A stretch of 64,000 nucleotides of DNA from Phoronis australis (lineage: Eukaryota; Animalia; Phoronida). Shown here piece after piece: positions 27,001 to 36,448 of the stretch (position 1 is the stretch's first letter; every line of letters starts with the position of its first letter). Under the pieces are notes generated by a model. It ran no database searches. It saw only the letters and a list, made by a program, of their open reading frames with translations, and was not told the origin of the DNA. The position numbers and the translations under genes are program-made. The stretch lies in assembly GCA_002633005.1 (NCBI GenBank), contig NMRA01000027.1:1545490-1609489 (forward strand), given 5' to 3'.

Positions 27001-30000
27001 ATTCTGGAAAACAGCTTATCGTATTCGAATGTTGTTGAAGCCATAGGAGGGTTTAGAGAAATTTGCGAAAATTCCCCAAAAAGATGAAACTACGTACACA
27101 ACATTGGTAACAGATTACATGTTTTCAACACTTAATAAGCGCCTTTTCTGCTCTTGAATTGTCATTTGAAATTTGCTATTTGCGCTTTGTGACGTGATTG
27201 CGTAGGTGCTTGACAGTGGCTGTCGCTTTGATTAATTTTAGTCTACTATGATCGAGCAAACTCACGAGTAATGTGATGGCACCAGTATGACACCCTATGT
27301 AATCTGCATGTTTCCTTACTATTGAACCTTTTTTTCTCCAGCAATGTACGGCAAGTGTACTTTCTCTCAATTCAATGGTTGTCTCCGGACCGGAAGTGCG
27401 TCACATATCATACTACCTATGATGTCAGGTCGAATACGCACGCGCGAAAGATTCAGTTTCAAGTTCGGGAAATTAGAAGTTGTCGCAAAGATGCCAGTTG
27501 GTGATTGGCTGTGGCCAGGTAGTATCGCATAAAATCAATAAAAAGTTCAATTGTCCTAGAGTTTCAAATTATTCGAAGACTGCGTCAAACTCTTATTAAG
27601 CATATACACTTCAATCTAGTTGACACCAACGATCCACGTCAGAAAAAAATTTCTTGCAAAAGATCAACGGTGCTCTCCTACCAGTCGATAAAGATTGAGA
27701 ATTGAACCTAACAAAGAATTTCAGCTTTGGGCCCTGCTGGTGTTTTACTAAATATTTGACGTGTTTTTTCAAACGCACTTGCAATCACTTTGTAAATTTC
27801 TCTTAAAACTTAATAAACCTTCTTTATTACAAGCTGTGTGGTTATTGCCAGAGGACGAAGTGTACGGTGGTTGGCCAAGGTCTGGAGAAATCGATCTGGT
27901 GGAATCGCGAGGTAAGAAACTTAAAAAACAGTACCTTGTAGAGAATGCGAATTCCATTCGGAACGTACGACATAGAAGTAATTTGTTCGTTTTAATTTAT
28001 ATTATTGACTTATAGTTTGGTACATTTATAGTCATTGAGCCTGTTACAAGAATCTCACATCAGTTTAAGATTTGTCTCAACTTCCAAACTTTAAAACTTC
28101 CACATCCCGTAAGTTAGGCAAAATTAAGACAAAACTTTAATAAAAATTTAAGCCATACTTAAAGGAGCATGCCACCCAAAAACAACCTGATTTGTATCAA
28201 GTTAGATCGAGTAGTTCTACTCCATAACGCCAAGTACGGTTGCGTTACCTGACACCTGACGGCAGATGGAGGTATTGACATTATCCAATGACGTAATTGG
28301 TTTCACACCCAGTCTGTTCAGCAGTTCACAACACGGGTTACTGGTGTCAGCTTATCGCTTGAGTTCATCGTTTAAGATCAATAAATCATCAAACTTCGAT
28401 GTAAAACCCCTTAAAACGCATCGAGTTCTTATAAAAACGTGTTGTTTTATTTCGCTGTTACGGATTTATTGGTATTTGGACACACTGTAGCCTACGAAGT
28501 TCGGCAGGCCAATATGGTCCGTAGCAGGAGTTTGGGTTCTGTTCGGAGATAAATTCGAAGTATTTTCCGTGAGGTACAGACAGGAGAACCTAGATCTGTG
28601 TTGTTTAGACTTGTGATTTTTTAAGTTCTAAACACACAAAACGCTTGTTATCCTGGCCAGTGGCTCGGAGCCCGATCAGGCCCGTCGCAGCAGCCGGCCG
28701 GCCGGATTGACTCGTTGTCACGCCGGCCAGTGGCTCGGAAACTGATCAGATATCACGAACATAACCAGCAAAACTTGGCAACTAAATTTCCAGTCAAGAA
28801 AATACTATACTAGCGAGCCAAAATAATGTGCACGTGATAATGTTGGTGAATTACCCACGAAAATGCAAATCTACTTACTCGTCGGGGGAAGCGAATTCCA
28901 ACAGGTTCCGCTTTGGCCACAGCACCGTCAGGGCAGAAGTTGTACATTGACAATCATTATTTTAATAATGTAAATGTAAATAAAGACTCCCCAACACCAG
29001 GCCGAGGGATGGAAATCGACTGAGTTGTTTCACAACGGTTTTTGCCAGCAAAGTTTGCTTAAAACACTTAAATTAGCATAAGCTCACACGGTCTCTGTGT
29101 CCCGTCAATTAGTTTTATTGCACCTAAGGCCGGTAAGGCAGTGATTTATTCACTGCTGGCTTCTCAAATCATTTGCACTCACGAGCACTCCAAAGGCATT
29201 ACAAATTGCATCTAATGAGGCAGACTTTGTTTAAGTTTTATATAAGCATTGGTTAGAGTGAGAATAATTCATTTTGAAACAGAACGCTCAGTAACAAACA
29301 TCAACATGCAACGGCAATCCCCTGTGACTTAGACGGGAGCTCATCAGTCGAACCCGACGAAGACTTCGCAGGTGGAACGTTAAGTTCCACAGGCTATCAT
29401 TTCGAACAGGGATACAGTGATGAAGAGGCGACGTGAACAAGTTCAGACAACGGAACGTATGGATAGTTATTTGTTAAGCCAGCATTCGTCAGGCACTGTC
29501 GACGACTGCTGGCCACCGACACGGAGATGTTTCACGGCCTCATACGTGCTATTTACAGCGTACTTTTCATTCTTCACTTTATGAGCCACTTCCTAAGCAC
29601 TTCGGACTCTCGAGGAAGTATAAAAAAAACGATATACGCGCTTTCCTCGCAGCTGCATAGTTCGGACAAGCGGGAACGATGCACCAACATAGCGGCATTC
29701 ACTCCGCAGATGAACCACTGACGTCGCTAGCCTCGTTTCTCACCTTCCTCACAGGTTAACGCGACACCTCTTGGCAAGGTAAGGTCGACCGTATTCGAAG
29801 CGATGTGGATAATGACAGACCGATTAAGACGGCAAAAAAGACTAATTAAATCGGGTGGCATTCTCCTTTAATATCTCTTTATTGAAACGGACTTGAGACA
29901 AATTTGATTTTTATCTTAAAATTGACCGGAATTTTAATATTTGTTGTAGCTAAGTCAGTTTTCATGGAACGCACCCCATATTTCCTGTTTATATCACTGT

Positions 30001-32491
30001 CTATCGCTATTTTTAATTTTGCAATGATGCCTGACAAAATACCTGCATCGCAATCATTGAGTTTGCTGTGCATCGAATTAACCCTTACTTTGTCAATTTC
30101 TACGAAAAAATTAATACTTCCAAACTTTTGTTGCCAGGCAACAGAAATCTGACTTGCGGCGGTAAAGCGGCAGGTGTAGATATGATGGGATCCGCTTTAC
30201 ACTGGGGTCCCCGCTGGGACGTGAATAGGTACCCTCTCACGCACGACACCAAGTGAGTTCCCCTTGTGCATTATGTAACAACAATGTAAAACAAGATGAA
30301 AACAGAATGCATATTTGCGCATGCGTACTACATGTACAATGTATTACAGTAAAATACGCGTATAGCGTGTGTGGGTCCGACTACTCTGGTGTAACAGTCC
30401 GCTTTAGAGATTCGATCAAGAGAAATGATGATTGTGAATTTAGGATGTTCGAGAATGCTTTCATTCATAAGGATAGGGGATTTTAATGTTTAAAATCAGT
30501 CACTTATCGTAAGTAAATGAGTACACTAAGAATTACAGCTCAGGTGACGTTATCTGACCAAAACAAGCATTTGCGAAAGCCTAAAACTTGAAGAAAATGT
30601 TTACTTCGTAACTGAAAAACTGAGCACACTGTTTCCGAAAAAAATCTCCAAAAAGGATGTTCTAGATATATAATTAACTCTTGGATGAAAATGTTTTAAT
30701 GGAACATCCCTGCTGATCAGGGAACTAGGTCCAGTTACTTTTAATCCTAACAAAGTTTGACTGGTCGAAAAAAGAGTACTTGAGCGGACGGTACGTAGCA
30801 CTTGTGCATATCTGACTTCAATACACACATCGCTTTCTTTCAGACAAAACCTGACCACGTCGTACGGTGACGGCTACCACGTCTATTTGCTGGACTGGGA
30901 TAAAAACGGGTTGAGGTATGATAAATATTTAAAATTCTTACTCTCCATATTCTACGGAAGCCCAATAGTGCCATTTTGAAGTGAAAAAAACCCAGACATT
31001 ATCTGGCAGTATTCTATTCACTTCAAAATGGCACTTCGGGCAAACGTGCACATATGTACATGTGTGGCGTGGAAATGTGGCACAATTTTGTTTAATGTGA
31101 ACATACAGTATATTCCGCAGCGACGGGCTACAACAGAAATGTATGGGCAGATTTTTTGGAAATCACGCTGAAACACATACGTTTCGGTAGGAAAAAAGTG
31201 TGTGAAGCGAACAAAAGTGTCCCTCAAAATCAACTATATCAATCACCAATGGCAGCTCACAAAGGTATCATATGTACATGTACATAGTGCGATGTAAATG
31301 TAGCGGCGGACTGTGGTACAGGAACATAACTGAACGCATGCAGGGGTGTTTAGCTCAAAATCACAAATATTCATCCAAAAATCACGGGTTTTTCATATTT
31401 GACCAAGAGCTTTACACATGGGAGCACTTCAGGCGCAAACGGTCATGTTTTAGTTGACTATCCTTTGTCTGAAGCAAATCGACATCTAAAGATTTAATTT
31501 GTCATGAAAGAAAAGTCAACCTTCACTCACATGCTATCTTAAAAACTTACAAGTTGGTGTTGCTCTCGTGTTTTACTGCGCATGATGGCTTAAATTAGGC
31601 ACACCGGCATGATAACTTATCACGTAAACCTGGCGATAAATGAATTTCATAAAGGGAAACATGCAGGTGTTGAAATTATTTTCTATCAGAGATTTCTATT
31701 CATATACAGGTTTTTCGTTGATGGACATCAGATTATGAAAGTGCCCGATCCACTAATCAACGAGAACGAGAACTGGAATGGGTTTTGGGAATTTGGTAAA
31801 CAAGGTGGTGGCTATAAGAACGGCTCCGGTGGAAATCCATGGGTAAACGGTAGCAATCTAGCACCGTTTGATCAGAAGGTAAATATCATAAATATGACAA
31901 TTGCTTGACCTTTTGCCTACACTTTACATGCCAGCTACAATGAACTGTAACGTTGCTTTTATGATTGCCATAAAAAATATTATGCTATCTGGACTAAGAA
32001 CACGCATCAAGCGAATTCTAATGAAGCTATGTAATTCCCTTCCTTTCGTTATTTCTAGCACAGGGTAAATGTCCATGCCGAAATCGAAAGCTAATAGCAC
32101 AATTCTGTAATAAGTCTGTTGTTACATTTAGTTATTTCGATACCCCATGCTGTTACAGTTTCACTTGATCGTCAACGTGGCCGTCGGTGGAACCGGCGGC
32201 TACTTTCCCAACGACTGCGTATCAAACGGCGTCCCTATTCCGTGGAATACGTCGTCTGCTGATGCTCCATCTGATTTTTGGGATTCACGTGACCAGTGGA
32301 TGACTACGTGGCAAGGCGAAAACGCAGCCCTCAAAGTAAAGTCGATCAAGGTCTGGCAAGATGTCCAAACACCTACGAGTCCTAAACCTACTGGTCCCGT
32401 CGACTCAGCGAAAGTTCTCTCGGCTTCCTGGGGTGTTCTCCTGGGCTTATTCGCTCTTTCTATATCCTTTCAATTATTATTCCAGCGATGA
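18059..32491 (+). CDS. GH16 beta-1,3-glucanase / beta-glucan-LPS-binding protein (LGBP/CCF-like), signal peptide plus predicted GPI anchor, about 417 aa; join(18059..18208,26327..26401,26619..26703,27342..27518,27834..27911,30138..30252,30844..30915,31710..31878,32159..32491)
   Basis: Nine exons join in frame through GT-AG introns (1254 nt). Signal peptide MEFALRWIFLLAPFVSSAHG; HEITAWGGG|NGEFQVY, LFIKP, AKMPVGDWLWPAVWLLP, catalytic WPRSGEIDLVE (EIDLVE at 27887-27904), GSALHWGP, YHVYLLDW, NPW..G..LAPFDQKFHLIVNVAVGGT. Ends in a P/T/S linker and hydrophobic tail. AATAAA at 32740. Confidence 0.93.
18414..19267. mobile_element. Internally deleted PIF/Harbinger element in GH16 intron 1
   Basis: Perfect TIRs CCGATTTCATAAAGGTGGTTTAA with CAG on both sides; subterminal aaacctggt/accaggttt repeats. 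A plus-strand stub resembles a Harbinger transposase N-terminus (RRNFRAR; TMRDVIRLVTNRLAPLTLRNQS). A minus-strand stub MSRKRSENFSPEEKSFL (18939-18877) resembles the Myb/SANT partner. Confidence 0.8.
20621..20730. mobile_element. About 110-130 bp MITE, copy 1 of 3 (others 21971-22100 and 44613-44738)
   Basis: All three begin (acc)acaggcgcttgagtttat and end gaaattcga(g/a)c(g/a)cct(g/t)tg, an imperfect inverted repeat. Confidence 0.7.
21971..22100. mobile_element. About 130-bp MITE, copy 2 of 3
   Basis: ttaaaccacaggcgcttgagtttatctgttcctcgatcg ... ggaaattcgaacgcctttggtt; matches the copies at 20621 and 44613. Confidence 0.7.
22903..23067 (-). pseudogene. Truncated THAP-domain remnant (transposon-derived)
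   Basis: MPHCDVFGCT...LHNFPTDPVMCRVW shows the THAP C-x4-C...HxFP...W pattern and stops before the C..HF motif. Element termini were not located. Confidence 0.65.
24073..25462 (+). mobile_element. Kolobok-type DNA transposon, non-autonomous deletion derivative with decayed THAP transposase
   Basis: TTAA on both sides (24069-72 and 25463-66), AGG...CCT termini, and about 165-bp imperfect TIRs including ctccggaagtgacgttttgggaggcaagaatttc. Internally, from ATG 24339, across a frameshift and stops: MPHCCCVPG / LHRFPKD...RRTWL / GKHF..SDY / RLKKGAIP, then KFIV...LLQLFRKCQVC...WKCVAGH. Confidence 0.85.
25509..25560. repeat. Perfect 26-bp tandem duplication
   Basis: cgtatggagcttgcaagtcattgtta x2. 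Confidence 0.9.
28163..29867 (-). mobile_element. Second Kolobok-like element (different family) in GH16 intron 5
   Basis: TTAA flanks (28159-62 and 29868-71); 15-bp TIR AGGAGCATGCCACCC / GGGTGGCATTCTCCT (1 mismatch). Minus-strand THAP-like relic from ATG 29698: MPLCWCIVPACPN...ISFF / LPRESEVLRKWL. Confidence 0.75.
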
Positions 32492-32542
32492 AGTCGAACA
32501 ACTCTTAACTTGAGATGAATAGATTAAGAGCCTAACAATTCG

Positions 32543-32640
32543 CATAATAACAATGATAATGATGATGGTAATAACAATGATAGTAATAATGATAATTACA
32601 ATAACACCAACAATGAAAATAATATGAATAAGTGAATAAC
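32543..32640 (+). repeat. Degenerate (AAT/GAT/AAC)n microsatellite in the GH16 3' UTR
   Basis: ataataacaatgataatgatgatggtaataacaatgatagtaataatgataat..., downstream of the stop codon. Confidence 0.8.
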
Positions 32641-33567
32641 AAGTCCTCAATTCCTTCTTAAGAAATTAGAGTGCTCAAAGAGATCCTTTTCGCCCCTATA
32701 AGTTTTAGCTTGCTTTTGTTAAAGTAATCTCAAGTTGAAAATAAAAGTACGTAACTATTACGAATCACGTTAATCTTGCCAGACTTTGAAAAATTTGCCT
32801 CCGGCAACCATTAGGCATATTTTCTCAGCGTCAAGTTCCCTTGATCTAAAACCTGTGCTTCCGGGCACTGAAGTTGACAGTCGCCAACTAGTATTTAATA
32901 ACTCCATGACCTACATGAATAGCTACACTGGCAACTCAATTCCGTCACTCAGTTGAACTGTTAATTTAGCTCATGATGTTTTGCGGCAAATGCTACAGAA
33001 ATCAAAAGATAAAAAATGTTCTCCATTCCTCACGTTCCTCCACTGTTACAGCTGCCAGAGTCCAAAGGCGGATCCAGGATTTTGGGGGGCGTCAGGGCAC
33101 AGGACCAGAATTTCGCCAGCTCACACGCGCGCCCAGCCTAAAATGTAGGGATGTAGGGGGTCTCGAATGTTTGGGTTTGTGTACCTTATTACTAAAAATA
33201 AAGAAAAAAGGAGTTTGTTCAAGGCCTATGCATTGTGCATTCGCCCCCTAGGGCTGGGTGCGCGCATATGCTAGTCAGCAGTTCACAGCCCGAACTGTCA
33301 AATGGGATCTGAGAGAATTTCAGGAGGGCCATGGCCCCCTCCTCAATCCGCCACTGGAGTCGTTGAATCGGCCTTTTCGATGTCAAAACTATCAAATTCA
33401 TCCGCATTTCTGAACTTGGATGTAACTAACTCCTCAAAGACAAATATTTCAATCACTCTGTCGACAGGTGGGACGTGTATACCCAGGGGTGGATCCAGGA
33501 TTTTAAGTTAAGGGGGGGCTAGCTAGGACAGAGAACTAGCCAGGATTTTGCCCGTCAGACATTCGCA

Positions 33568-33970
33568 NNNNNNNNNNNNNNNNNNNNNNNNNNNNNNNNN
33601 NNNNNNNNNNNNNNNNNNNNNNNNNNNNNNNNNNNNNNNNNNNNNNNNNNNNNNNNNNNNNNNNNNNNNNNNNNNNNNNNNNNNNNNNNNNNNNNNNNNN
33701 NNNNNNNNNNNNNNNNNNNNNNNNNNNNNNNNNNNNNNNNNNNNNNNNNNNNNNNNNNNNNNNNNNNNNNNNNNNNNNNNNNNNNNNNNNNNNNNNNNNN
33801 NNNNNNNNNNNNNNNNNNNNNNNNNNNNNNNNNNNNNNNNNNNNNNNNNNNNNNNNNNNNNNNNNNNNNNNNNNNNNNNNNNNNNNNNNNNNNNNNNNNN
33901 NNNNNNNNNNNNNNNNNNNNNNNNNNNNNNNNNNNNNNNNNNNNNNNNNNNNNNNNNNNNNNNNNNNNNN
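33568..33970. other. Assembly gap (403 N), with GC-rich MITE-like fragments nearby
   Basis: Run of N. Nearby ggcggatccagg / aatccgccactg / caggggtggatccagg termini of the CAG..CTG MITE class at about 33065-33520. Confidence 0.98.
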
Positions 33971-34105
33971 ATTTCGAAGCTAGTGTTGTCATTCTTGATT
34001 ACACACCTATGATTGTAGTGCAAGAACACGCACAATAGAATGACGCGAAAATCCGGAGCTACCCACGAGGTCAAAACCACCAAGCCATGGAAATATTACG
34101 TGATA

Positions 34106-34254
34106 CATGGGCGGCGCAGCACTGAAAAAAAGCGGGGGCTATAGCCCCCCAGCCCGATGTGGTGCACCGCACATAGACCGTGGGCAAGGCAGCACTGAAA
34201 AAGGGGTGCTGTAGCCCCCCCCCCCCTCCAGCCCCCTATGGTGCGCCGCCCATG
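34106..34254. mobile_element. Dimeric GC-rich MITE, TIR CATGGGCGGCGCA, 5-bp TSD
   Basis: catgggcggcgca ... tgcgccgcccatg; two internal units of about 70 bp (gcactgaaaaa..gggct(a/g)tagccccc); flanks tgata / taata. Related sequence at 51585-51715 and, inverted, about 5385-5440. Confidence 0.75.
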
Positions 34255-36448
34255 TAATAGCGTCGGCGGTTTTTGCAAAGTTGTACTGCATGACTTGTGA
34301 GAACCTGGCCAGCCAGCTAGCTGTATGAAGATTACCGTCAAAATATTTAGTAATGATACAGCTTTGTACCAACGCAAGTGAGAGCCCAGAGTATAAGAAA
34401 CTATAAACCTCAAAATATTCAACACACGCGTTCTTTTCATGTAATTTATTTGCAACTATTGGCACACTCCATTACACATAGTGTTTGTTTCTCCTTTGCT
34501 GAAGAATATACCTTAACAACTGTTCTACAATATTTTCAAAATGTAACCATGATAGCATAATCCATCAGCACTCATCCAACTACAATTTTTGCATTGACCA
34601 TACGAGTTTCGTATCTTAAGTTTGAAAACTGTTCCACTGAAAAAATTGCTTTTGAAAACTTGACACATGTATCCTAAAATTCCTCCTATAATATATGGAC
34701 ACTTGGTGTGGGAATAAAAGATTACGGTCAAATATTTTGAAGCATTGAATTTTTAAATATTCCAAGGAAGACATTATTTCGTCAGTAAGACATTATTCGA
34801 CAGAACGAACTTCAAAACACATCCTGATTTTTATCACTTACTAATTAATTTCACTCATATACTTTTTAGCCAACCTAGGATGCCAATTTTGACAGCTGCA
34901 TTGATCAATGATTTTAGTTATAGATGATTGGAACAAAATGCACTTGACCAGATGGCTTGTAAAAGAAACGGTGTGTCATCATATTTGAATGCAAACCCAT
35001 AGACCTGCATTACAGTTGCACAAATTGTCTGAGAGTGTCCGGAAATGCATCATTTTGCTTATATGCTTGCATGAGGGATTTTAGGGTACCTTATAAAGGC
35101 TCAAGTCAATTACACCATTCTGAAATGAGCAAAGAATAGTATGTGGCACCAGTCAAGTAATTCGTACAAAGAAGAACTGAACACAGTGAAATGTTCAATG
35201 TCAACTACATTGATCTGTCACTTAAGTTAAAAACAGAAACATAAATATCGATAAAGACACTCGGGAAACCTAAGAGTAAATGGTATTTTGCTATAATATA
35301 GTGTCAGTTCCACTGACCAAGTTTTATTTACAGTAACAATAGAAAAATCTACTTACACAACTCACAGGTTCACAATTCAATAAGCAAAATATGAAGCCAC
35401 ATTTAATCTATATACAACTAAGAAAAGATGTCACAAAAGAGGGCCCACAGGAAATAGCAGAAGTTCTTTGGCAAGGTGACAAGAAATAAATGTAGTGCAA
35501 CTTTTCATCATACACTGCTCAACATGAGCTTGAAATGCAATTGAACACCTTCACGCGCAACATGAACAGGCACAGAGGAGAATTTCAAAATAAGACTCAC
35601 CACTCTTGCCAGAATAATGGCCAGGACAAGACATTGATAATGCGTTTGTTACAACAGCGCATAATGTCTGCTTCTTATCAAGTGTTTCTAGCAATTCGGA
35701 CAATGTTTGGAAGACACCTATTTTGAAATTTTCAAAAGATCACAAAAGGATGTTTGACCAAAAATATTGTGAAGCAACAGGTATGAAACACGGTTTAAAC
35801 ACAAACAATTACATACATGTCCAGACAGCTACCGACACATTCTCCAAGATCACACAAGAACAAATACGTAGCAGTCCGTCTTATGAAGCACTATACACGT
35901 AAAATCGAGTTGTTTTTATATGTGGGGAAAGCCAAGTGGCTTCCAAAAAGCATTCTTGTTCTAGTTTCTATTTTATTGTTGCTTTTGAAAATCTAGTCTA
36001 TGGTGCTGTATTACTTTCAAGAGCTCACTTTTTCGGAAAAGAAAAACCAATACGGGACATCTTACGCATCCCGTGGCAAATCATGGCATTACAAACCTTT
36101 CTCACACACCTCCATGTATCTTTTCAAAAAACAAGAGACCTTGAATGAAATGGAAGCAGGAGAAAGCAGTTTTAGTCAGCACACATCTCAACATCAGAAT
36201 CAACTTTTTTGCCTATTTAAATGATTTACCATTGGATTGTCCTAAAAAACGAGACGTAATCAGTCTCAAAATATACAAGTCTTATTACTGTTATGTCTCT
36301 TGGTTATTTGTTCTATACTTGTTCTTTGGTGGATCAAGGATTATACCGCAAACATAAGCAAATGTGCAGTTGCTAAGTAAAGGGACAACTTTATGAATAA
36401 GCTGAGTCTGCAGAGGGCAATGCTCCAAGTAATAATGAACAAGTCGAT

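Noticed and set aside
33523-34083. Long ORFs in the ORF track
   Set aside because: They only span the N gap.
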